From Elusimicrobiota bacterium (lineage in GTDB: Bacteria; Elusimicrobiota; Elusimicrobia; F11), in assembly GCA_022072025.1 (NCBI GenBank), contig JAJVIP010000010.1, positions 178,050 to 242,049 on the forward strand: a stretch of DNA of 64,000 bases, given 5' to 3'. Position numbers and translations under genes: made by a program. Under the pieces are notes generated by a model that searched no databases, had not been told where the DNA came from, and saw nothing but the letters and a program-made list of their open reading frames with translations. Shown here in pieces: positions 36,123-46,800 of the stretch. Position 1 is the stretch's first letter, and each line of letters opens with the position of its first letter.

Positions 36123-37379
36123 TTGTTTTTTACCATGAAATCACTATACACCACTATTGAAGCCCATAAGAGAGAGAGAGATTTGGCGCTTCGCCGGACT
36201 CTCGTCCCCCGCCATATGAGCGCCGCCCTTTCGAAAGCGCTTTCTTCCCCTCTGGTGAAAGTCATTACAGGACCCCGCCGGGCCGGGAAGTCCACCTTGG
36301 CTTTTCAGACTCTTTCTGGGAAAAATTTCGCCTATCTCAATTTCGAAGATGATGCGCTGAAAAGCGATGTCACCAGCGACGAGCTGATCGAAGCCATGGA
36401 TGAGGTGTACGGAAAAGCCGAATATGTCTTCTTTGATGAAATTCAGAACTATCCTCAATGGGAAAGCTTCATCAACAAATTACACCGCCGTGAGCACAAC
36501 CTGGTCATTACCGGCTCAAATTCAAGGCTCCTGAGTCGAGAATTGGGATCGGCTCTCACGGGCCGGCATCTTTCTTTCGAGTTATTGCCTTTTAGTTATC
36601 AAGAGTTTTTGGCTGCGCTTTCAAATAACACAAGCAATGACATGAAAAATTTTCACCGGTACTTAACATGGGGCGGTTTTCCCGAAGTTGTTCTTGGGAA
36701 TTCCGAACCGCACGGATACTTGCGCACTCTTTTTGATTCGGTCGTCCTGCGCGATATTGTGACCCGTCACCACATCCGTTCCTCATTGGCTATTCATGAT
36801 CTGCTGAACCTTCTCATCAATAACGCAACAAGCCGGTTTTCAGCGCGAAGCCTGGAACGATCCTTGGGCTCACTCTCCATCGCCACCGTTCAGAAATTCA
36901 TTGCCTATTTTCGTGAGGCCTATTTGGTCCATGACCTTCAACCGTACTTCTTCAAGCCGCGGTTGAGAATCAAGGCAGACCGCAAAATCTATGCCTATGA
37001 CAATGGCTTGATTTCCGCCGTCTCACAGCCCACCACCTCAAATCAATCGCGGCTGCTTGAGAACCTGGTTTTTATTGAACTCGTGCGGCGCGGATTCAAA
37101 CCAAATCTCGATTTATTCTATTACCAAACTCGATCCGGCAACGAAGTGGATTTCTTGGTTCGGAATGGATCAAAGAACATTGAGCTCATTCAAGTGACGC
37201 AAAACCTTGCCGCCTTAAAAACCCGTGAACGAGAGCTTCGCTCCCTTCATCAGGCGTCAGAAGAACTCAATGTCTCCAAACTCACCATCCTCACCATGGA
37301 TACGGAAGAAACAATCAAAGAAAGCGGGATTCGAATTCGCGTGATCCCATGCCAGAAATGGCTGTTAGAAAAAATCTGA
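36123..37379 (+). CDS. AAA+ ATPase of the COG1373 / DUF4143 family (paralog of 33197-34519)
   Basis: 418 aa; Walker A GPRRAGKST, Walker B VFFDEIQN, same architecture as the other copy; divergent from the membrane-protein gene with a short AT-rich spacer. Confidence 0.75.
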   Translation: MFFTMKSLYTTIEAHKRERDLALRRTLVPRHMSAALSKALSSPLVKVITGPRRAGKSTLAFQTLSGKNFAYLNFEDDALKSDVTSDELIEAMDEVYGKAEYVFFDEIQNYPQWESFINKLHRREHNLVITGSNSRLLSRELGSALTGRHLSFELLPFSYQEFLAALSNNTSNDMKNFHRYLTWGGFPEVVLGNSEPHGYLRTLFDSVVLRDIVTRHHIRSSLAIHDLLNLLINNATSRFSARSLERSLGSLSIATVQKFIAYFREAYLVHDLQPYFFKPRLRIKADRKIYAYDNGLISAVSQPTTSNQSRLLENLVFIELVRRGFKPNLDLFYYQTRSGNEVDFLVRNGSKNIELIQVTQNLAALKTRERELRSLHQASEELNVSKLTILTMDTEETIKESGIRIRVIPCQKWLLEKI

Positions 37380-37492
37380 CATTCAGCCTCATCAACCAAC
37401 ACCGACGGTTTTTGATGATTCAGGCGGGTTTTTTAGGGGTTTCTCTTATGACAAAAGGAATAAGTGTTTCAGACCTTTTGACATCGACGTTT

Positions 37493-37864
37493 TTAGCGGA
37501 GTTTTTCGTAACTTTTTTGACTTCCGTATTGGAGACATAAATTCCGGAAGGAATCTGATTCAATGTCGATGTTGTTTTCCTTGATCAGCGCCGCAATATC
37601 CAGCAAATCTTTTAATTCCCGTCTTTCCGGATTTTGTTTGATGGCATGCAACTTCATTGCGATAAGATGATCTAAGCTTGGGACAATAAAAGGCTCTCCT
37701 GAAATCGTGATTTCCTGGCCATCCCTGATGACGGCTTTTAAGGTTTCTTCATCAGTGAACAAGAAATCGATGTCTTTCGTCTCCCGAGAAAATTTGTAGT
37801 GATTCACAGCAAATCCGCCGATCAAAACACTCGGTAAATTTTTTTCACGAAAGAGCCGCCCCAA
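37493..37864 (-). CDS. Small nucleotidyltransferase-fold-like protein (AbiEii/MNT-like motif); candidate immunity or accessory gene of the giant ORF
   Basis: 123 aa, TTG start 22 nt after the giant-ORF stop, same strand; LIGGFAVNHYKFSRETKDIDFLF resembles the GG..A......R.T.DIDF nucleotidyltransferase motif. Confidence 0.45.
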   Translation of the reverse strand: MGRLFREKNLPSVLIGGFAVNHYKFSRETKDIDFLFTDEETLKAVIRDGQEITISGEPFIVPSLDHLIAMKLHAIKQNPERRELKDLLDIAALIKENNIDIESDSFRNLCLQYGSQKSYEKLR

Positions 37865-37886
37865 TGTTTTAACAACATCAAAAAAG

Positions 37887-40800
37887 TCATTTGTGCGAGT
37901 CTATATATTTGTGACTAACAAGGTGTTTGGCCCGTTTGCGGTCCCACAGGGGGGTGCGGCAGCGGAGCAGGGCCCACAACGAGAAAGGGCCGGAGAGGGC
38001 GGATGCTTCCTCTGTTCCACCCAATAAGTGAAGTTCACCGGTGAATTGCGCCCATCGGAGGCGCTCCAAGGATACCTGGGCCAGGTGAACGCGCCCGTCA
38101 GCCCCCCGCACCTCGAGCCGAATGGCGTCTTGATCAGAAGCGCCCACCCAGAAGAGGGTCGTTTCACCGGTCGCGAAATAAATGACACTGGGCAAATTCA
38201 ACGAAGTGCCATGGCTCTGGGCAAACTTGGTCATGATTTTTCGATGGGCCCAAACGTCTTCGGGCGTGGGCGCGAACCGAGCCAAACCTCTAAACGATTG
38301 AGGCCAGCCCCCATGGGTGTGGAAGGGAACGAAGGGCCCGGTCAACTTTTCAAAGTCAGAATCATGAACCACGACGCTCGTGGGAGAATTGAAAACAGGC
38401 GAAAAGAACACAATGCCATCGTCATTCCCGCGAAGAAGAATCGCTCCGGCTCTTTCATGTTCAAAGAGAGTCGATTTCTTCAGGGAAGGAGCAAGTGCAT
38501 AAGATCTAAATTCCTCCATTTCTACGGCTGGCCGGATAGGGGCGGGAATGAGCCCCCCTGCCCCCGCTCCCTCCCTCACCGTGACATCAGCTTTGGGCAA
38601 GGGATTTAAGGGGAAAGTGGACGTACCGGTGAGAGAGACGGCCACCCCATATTCTTGGTCTCCTCTCTTTTGGACACTCAAAAGGACCGGTGAATACTGC
38701 CCCTTGTTGTCCTGTCGAAGGGCCAACTGCCATTGGTTGTCATCACGCGGAGAATTTTTAAGCAAGGTGGTGATTTGCTCCCACAGGTTCGATCCCGGAA
38801 CCAGCGAGTCAATCAATTTGCTCAAAGCCGCGATTTTTCCTTCAGGCAAGGTCAGGATGGCTTTAAGAACTTGAACATCTTCGAGGGGAACCACCTCGCT
38901 TAACGAAACGTCGGACCGCACATAGGCTTGCCCCAATTCCATGGGCACCTTGGAGGCCAGTGAATCCATTGTAAGCGAGACGGTCGTTTCTTTCGCTCCC
39001 AACAAAATCTCTGTAAATGCCATCACACCAGAAAGAATGGGATGGACAATGTCGTCTATAGCGAATTCTTCTCTGGGATCTACATCGAAAAGAGTTTTGA
39101 ATTCGGCGCCTACCGACAACAAGGGAGTCACAGCAGCCTCATCAGCTCCTTCAAGCGCTTTCGTCACAAACGGAGTGGCGATCTTCAAAGCAAAGTCGGA
39201 CAATCGGGCTGACAAAGAAACCCCTCCTTTGGGCAAAACGGCGGTTGCGGCCAGACCGTCCAAGCGGAGCAGGCTGCCCGTTTTGATGTCGCCTCTTGTC
39301 CCAATCAAGGTGGCTTTTCCGGCGCCTTGGGCCCGCAACATCCCCACCCCCAGAGGCGTGGCCATCAAGGCGGTCCCTCTGAACCGTTTCACCGCGTCTG
39401 GCAAGACCAGGGTCCCTTTGTCCCGGTCAAAAGAGGCGAAATACAAATTCCCTCTCGCGGTCATGATCAAAACCCGTGTTCCATTATCCGGGCCTGCCAC
39501 CAAACTGGAACCCGCGAGACTTTGAAGAATGCTCGCGATGGCAGGTCGCCCGCCGGACAAACGAAATACCGGGAAAGAACGCCCGCCAATCTTCACGCGA
39601 CTGTCAAAGGTGGCGTTTACAGGGCCTCCAGGCCCCAACAACACAAAACGGTTCATCTGAAGATCTCCGAGATCAACCGAAGAATTGGTTAAAACAAAAC
39701 CATTCGCGGCAACATTTATTTCCACCTTCTTCAAAAAGAAACCTTCTTCCGCATTACCCTGAAAAACTCCATAAAAGGTTGGTTGACCTGTGGGACTTTC
39801 CGGCAATTGCGCGCCCAAAGTCATTCCCAAAACCATGGCCAACTCTCGGTCCTTGACTTGAAGACCTTGAGAGGTAACCTGGGCCGGCACCAAACGTCCT
39901 CCCACACGGAATGACACTTCACTTCCAACCCGATACACTTGAACTCTGAATTCACCTGGACGAACAGTGGCCTGTTGGACCGTCACCGTGTTGTTTCTTT
40001 CATCCACCTCGACAGATACGGGTTTATTGGGAACAAAATCCGGGGATTCAATTTGTAACAGTCCCTTGATTCTTTGGAAGAGAGAAGGAGATTGAATCCA
40101 AACAGGGTTTCCTGTGACTCTCGGACCGGAGGGTTCTTTTGAACGCGCTTTTTCTTTGGATTCTTTGGAAGGTTCAAGCCGACTCGTTTTGAGCGTTGTA
40201 AGAGACGAGGGTTTGCTGGACGTAAACAAGGGCCTACTCATAAGAAATGAGGCCAAGCCACTGACAATGGACGGACGGTCGCTTCCAAACAGAGGAATGA
40301 GGAATGAATCCAGCCCTCCCAAGAGGGGAACCGTCTCTCCAACCCCTTTAGGACTTGCCGCCTCTTCCCTTGCTCCGGCTGAGGAGGCCTCATCTCCAAC
40401 AAGGGCCGGGAAGAACGCCATCCCAAAAGGAGATGAAAGGGCCGCGGCCAAGGCCCCTGGCAAAAGAGAGGCGGACTCCTCTTTCGGTTTCTCGGCCTCT
40501 ACAGGTTCAGGCGCTCCGTCTTTTTTGGCGATGGGCCCTTCGGTTTTTCCTTCGCCTGAGGGCCGGACGCTGGAATCTCGACGGCGAGGTGTTTCGGGCC
40601 GTTCTTGCCGTTGGGGCTGCCTCAGCGTTTGGATCTCCACCCCTTCCCGCGTTCTCACGGCGCCCACCCGCACTTTTTCACCGCCGACGGGTCTCAACAT
40701 TTTTTGTATGGCTCCCGCGAGAACAACCGCATTTTTCCTGACCAACAGAAGGCCGTCTTTCCCCACCACCGCCTCCATCGTTACTCTCCGAACCTTGAAC

Positions 40801-43800
40801 TCCAGAACGGTTCCTTCTTTCAGGAATCCCTTTGGACCTTTTAACTCCTTGTTATCAGTGACCAATCGCAAACGTCCATCGCCGAACCTTAACTGAGACG
40901 ATCCAAAACGCACCGGAATGGTTTCTTTCACGAGAGGTTTGGGTTTCTTGTCGGTCAACCGGGCGTCGGGATGAATTTTTTCCACGATAGCCTTGCCTTC
41001 AAGCACTGAATCCCCCTCTTTGGGAAGTGATGCGGCTTCGGCTTTTTTGTCTTCAATGGTTTTGACCAAGTCTTCCACGAGAAAATCCGGGACCAAAGGC
41101 CCCACAATATCCAGACCCCGCGAAATCCACGATTTGGCCATTTCAAATATTTTGGGAACGATTTTTTCTTCGGGACTGAATTCTTTTTCCAGGCTTGTCA
41201 TTTCGTCCGTCGACAACCCCAGATCGGTGGAGATTTCTTTGATCGAATCCTCATCGCCCCGGATGAGCGCTTGAGCCAACATTTCGATTTCAACCTTCAC
41301 ACTCTCCGGGAGCGGTTCTCGACGCGCCTTTTCAACCAAAGAACGAACCTGGGCAATTTCTCTGGCGGTGGGGGCTCGAGGTGACGAGGCCCTCTCTGTT
41401 TTGGGCCCCGGCGCTTCTACGGATCCCGGAGCGGCCTCGGCCCCTTTTTCCTCGGGCTCAGGATCTTTAAAGAAACCAGTGATGTCGTCAATTAAGTCAC
41501 CAATCCAGTCCTTCAAGAGACGAGTCATCCTTCGAGCGGGACTGTTGGTCCATATAGGATTCCAAATCCCGCTCTGGAAAAGGCGGCCGCCCTCCGGTAA
41601 GCCCCAGGCAGCAATCGCGGGCAGATAATAATAGGGATCATGTGCGAAATCTTCGGGGTCCCGCGTTATATCTGGTGGCCTCCGTTCAATGCGTCCCCCT
41701 CCGTTGTTCACTGGGGTGTGATAACGGGAGATCATTTCGATATCCTGGTGTTCAACATTTTCCCCACCGCCAGCGCCCACCTGCCGATTCAAAATGGGAT
41801 TATAAAACCCAATGGGGGCCCCCAAGAACAACGATCCCACTCCCGAAGGACCGTAATACAGATCCGACAAACTCGCGCCGGGTAAATTTCCCTCATAGCG
41901 CCGGCGGCTCACATGTTTTACATAGGGAGTCATGACACCTGCCTGCGTGAGATTTGCTCGATAGTCCAGGGTGAGCGAGGCTCGATATTTTACAATGGCC
42001 TCATACAGCTGTTCCGTCATGGGAGTTGCCCCTCGCCTGTCGTCACCATTGATATCGGGGTCCTCATCTCCTTGGAGAGTGGGGTTCAGCGGATCGCCAA
42101 AGGGATCAAACAGGCGGCGGCTAAATACGGTTTCATGGGTGTAAACATAATAATCAGCCTCTTGGTTAAACCAATGGGCGAAGAGAGGAAAACCCCCGAT
42201 AGGATCGACGAGATTGGGATTTCCCGAAAGTTGATTGAGTGAGAAATGAACCACTTTTTGTCGTTGATCAATTTGTTTGAGAACGTCTCCGTCATATTTT
42301 CGGTCTTCCACTTTGAAGAGCTTAAAGTAATCTCCATAGAACCGAAATCCATTGCCCAAATTGATTTCCTGCCAGCCAATAAACTCCATGTGGTTTACTT
42401 TTTGGGTGAGGATCGGATCTCGGTTCGACGTGAGTTCCCATTTTTCCGTGTAATGATTGAGGATGGTTCCATCCCGATCGGCATTGCCCAGGGTGCCATA
42501 ATAGGGGGCGTTACCACCGGCCAAATCTCCACCAACGGAACGGACCAACTGAGACACCGATTGGAACGAACCCGGAGCGAACCCAAACCAAACCGAGGAC
42601 TGGAGCACCTTGACGTCAATACTGGCGGACCCGTCCATTCGGGTGAACAGAAGTCCTTGCGCGTCATATTCATATTTTCGGTCCACAACAGTGTAGACCG
42701 GCACCACATTGGCTCCGGGCCCCGCCACCCCAAAAAAGCCCACGCCTTCATATTTTTGTTCCCGCACATTTTCCATGCGGTAATGCTCGCCAAAATCCCG
42801 CACCATGGAGGTTTCGGTTTGGTTCCACCAATTGTTCTGTGAAAACAATTGGCCTGTGCGGCTCACACTAAAAGCAAAATCCCCTTGGCCGTTCGCGTTT
42901 CGGACATAGGTTGTTTCGGTCTCGCTGACAAGTCCATTCGAATTACTTTCACTGAACGCCTTCAACACCTGTTCGCCCACCCAACGGTAAATGCCGTACT
43001 GGTTGTAGCCTTTGGCGGTGGAAAAGTTACGGACATTGGGAAGCGTGACCGCCACGCCACCGCCGTCCGTTCCCGTTTCGTTGAGATACCAGGCGTTCCA
43101 GGTTCGACTTGTCCACCCGTCTGTGGCTCCGGTTTGACCGAACAAGTTGAAGGTGCGGTTTATGAAACTCACCGTCTCCGTATAGGAGGATTGATAATTG
43201 TTGAGGGACGCGCTGATGGTGTCGGTGCGAACGGCATCCATAAACCCAAACAAGCTGCGGTGATAGGTTTGGGACAACGACCGCGTCCAAGCGCCTTGGC
43301 TCGGGAACGCATCCCCGGCTGCGGCTCCGCCGGCGTTCACGGGAGGATTAAAAGTGTCTCGAATGGAGTTGGTAATTTTGTCGATGGAGTTCCCCACCGC
43401 GTTGTAACGGTACGCCGATACGCTTGAGCCGGTGGTGATCGACTCCACGCGCCCGGCCACCGTCATGATTTCGTTCGAGGTGCTGCTGTCCATATCCACC
43501 ACGCGTTTGCCCGCAATGTTAATGAAGGTCACAAAAGATCGTGAATTGCCCGTGTGGGAAACGGGCAGGCCCACCGGGCTGATTTCCTGTTTATCAAACA
43601 CCACATTGCTTTCTGTAAACCCATTGATGAACTCGGCGTTCCACGGGTTGTAAAAAAACCGCGACACACGGGTGGCCCGGGTTTGATCAATGGGATACCA
43701 ACCGGTCAAGTTCACGCTCGTGCTGTCGTTCACTTCTTCAAACACGTCGCGCATCAAATTCGTGTTGCCGATCACGCGACTCACGCGAAGCCCGTTGTTT

Positions 43801-46800
43801 TCGGTCGTGAGAACGCCATTTGAAAAACTGCGATCGTTGAATTCCGTGCGGTTCTCAAAATTCACATTAATGGGGAAATAGAGCCCCCGATCATTAAAGA
43901 CATCGTCAACCAGGGCCCCCATAAACCAGAGGCTGATCTCAGGCCCCCGCGGCAAGGAGGGATAGAGCCAAAGGGCGCTGGTCGCCGGTCCATCCCCCCA
44001 AACGACATAATCGGCCATATCCCATCCGACTGGAATTTGATCGGTGGTGTCATATTCATAGTCGACCCAGTCCGGCATATAGGTATGGTAATGACGCGTC
44101 ACCGCCCGGGACTGATTCCAATCTCCTCGAATGTTGGACCCGCTGGATTCAATAAGTGATTCATAAGGAACCGGGGCCCCAAAGGCAATAATGTATTGGG
44201 TAAGAACGGAATAGGCATTTGAGTACACCAGGCCGTCACCGCCGAACCCCGATGACGCCCCAAGCGACCCCGTGATACGTCCGCCCGAATCCCAGCTTTG
44301 CCACAGCGTGTCGAAATTGATGCTCCAGGAACCATCCACGCGCCGGCTTTCTGAACGGGTGGACGTCCCGATGGGACGGGCCTGTCCCGCATAAATACCG
44401 TAAGAAACAGTCGAAAAACTGGAATAGGTATTGCCCCAAAAATCGGTTCCAAACGAATTTCGATTTCCCCACACTTCCGCTAATTGGTCCCGCTCATCAT
44501 AAAAATAGCTGGTCAAACTGTAATTGCTCCCGTAATTGTTGTCCCGCCGCATAAAACCGCCTTGGCTGAGCACCGATATCACCTTGAACCTTCCATGCAG
44601 CAGGACATAACTGGTCCGTGAAAGCGCCTCCCACGATTGGTTCCCAGAACCGTCATTGGTGGCGCTGGTTCCATAGGCCACCTGATCCAAGAGACGCCCA
44701 TTCGTTTCGTAATCGGTATAGGTCAAGTTGGTGGAGGCGGTGATGGACCCGCTCATCGACCTGGACTCTGAATCCACACGGGTCTCAATCGACCTAGCCT
44801 GGCCGGCGATAATCCCAAACAAAGTGTGGGTCACGGCGCGCGAAATATTTCCCCATCCATCATTGGTTTTGCTGCTTCCCAACGAAAAAGCGAAATCCAA
44901 TAAATAATAAGCGCCCACTTTTTTATATCCATAGTGCATCGCGCTTTCCGACCAAGAGAGCGATTGATCCATCGCCGCGTGTAAATTGTTGCTCAACGAC
45001 AACGAAATCTTGAGCAATCCTCCCACCGCAATATAGGTGTCTTCTCCGATGCCACGATCGATGTTCCCATACCCGTCGTCGGATCTCGATTCACGGGTGC
45101 CCTTGCCCCCCTCAAGCACGCCGTCATCAGAATAGAGGGTTCGCGAAATATTCTTGGAGAGTTGTGAGGACCCGTCGAAAAAATTCCCTAAGGATAATGT
45201 GCCGCTGACCGTCTGCTTGGAGTTCCCAGCGATGTTCTCCGATTGGGACAGGGTCCAGGCCGTGCTTACGTTCTCATATCCGTCGTCAGAGGTGGAGGTG
45301 TTGCGGCTGCTGGAAGTGATGCGGCGGGGCAAAGCGCCTGAGGACATGAACCAATTTAAATTGACGCTGTCGGAAATGCTGGACGATCCATCGGTATTAA
45401 AGGATTCAACATGGGACTGGCTTAAAAATGTTTTGATGGATCCCGCCATCAATCGCAAGTCCACCGTCACCCTCCGGTCTTGCGTGTTGCCAAAGAGGTC
45501 AGTCGTGATCGAATCCCCTCCGGTTTGAACCGCTCCGGTCATATTGCCTTCCTCATCATAGTGATATTGGGTGCGCGCCCGATTTTTGGAAACCGTGCGG
45601 GTTCCGTCCGTGCTTTCACCCAGAGTCTCACTCAGTGAATAGTCCAACTTGACCAGCGTTTTGATCACCCGGTAAAAAGATTCGGTGTTGGTGTCACTCG
45701 TATTTCCGAAACCGTCATCGTTGCGAAGTCGGCTCCAACTGTGTTGGTCTTTTAAACGGCCCACCGCGTCATATTGATATTCGGTGAAATTTTCTCCGTT
45801 GAGTAACGTGAACGAACCATCGTTGTTGTCCGACTCGATGCCTGTGACCAACTGCTCGGTGAGCCGCGCTTCTTTTAAAACGATCTCAAAGTTTTGAATG
45901 AAAGATTGTTTCTGTTTGTTGCCATGGGCGTCTTCGGTGAGAGACCAGCCGGAACCCGTGGTGCTGAGCGCCGGGGCCACGGAAGGGTCAAACACACTGA
46001 TCACCTCCACCTCGCTTTCCTGGCGGTTTCCGTCAATCAATTGGGTTTTTGAGGAGGTCTTTCGAATTTCGGCTCTTTGTTGGCCGATGGTTTGCCACAC
46101 CACAGCCGAAAGCTGTTGCTCCACTTTGCTTTCACTCAAACTCCGCCAAGCGAAAGAATTTTGGGTCGATGTTTTATCGGTGAAGTTGTAGAGGAGCTGG
46201 CTTAAATCGTCGATTACGCGTTTATTTTTGGTTTGGCCCATCAAGGAGGTGATTTTCCCCGCCACCTCCACAAACGTTCCGCCCGCGTTGAGGATGGCGG
46301 TCACCGCGGGATCCAATTCAGGATCTCCGAGCAACCGGTCCTCGATAACTTTCAAGAACGCCCGGTTCGGTCCCGATTCTTGTTCGCGGAACAAGGCTTC
46401 CACCACTTGACCTTCGAAATCAAAGTTGAGAGTGTTCTTCCATTCGTCCAGGTCCGGCATGGCTTCGATGCGCTGGATCACAAAATCATAAAAATCGTCA
46501 TAGCTGGTGTTGTCCGCGTTGTGGGTGTCCAGCCAATCCTCCAGCGAGGTTTGAAAGTCGTTTCGGACTTTCAACACTTCCGAGAAATCCGGATTCCAAA
46601 GGGGTTGGGACAAATCATTTCTCAAGATGCCGCCCAATCTTTGTTCGGCCGGACTCAAGGGGTCCAAATCCGTGAATCGATCAAACACATCGATGACCGA
46701 CTGAACGGCCTGATCCATGTCGGCTTGATTGATGAATTCCCTTTTTTTGTACATCTCTCCGCTCTCCGATTCGCCGGTCGAAAGCGGGGCTTTTTCGGTC

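Noticed and set aside
37381-37440. Possible bidirectional terminator between the convergent 36123-37379 and 37493-37864 genes (tcatcaa...ttgatga stem, gcgggtttttt)
   Set aside because: The stem is only 7 bp with a 16-nt loop, and the T-run is separated from it by about 10 nt. Too weak to call.
40114-40896. 260-aa plus-strand Pro/Ala/Ser/Arg-rich ORF
   Set aside because: It is antisense to the low-complexity linker region of the giant ORF, so it is a compositional artefact.
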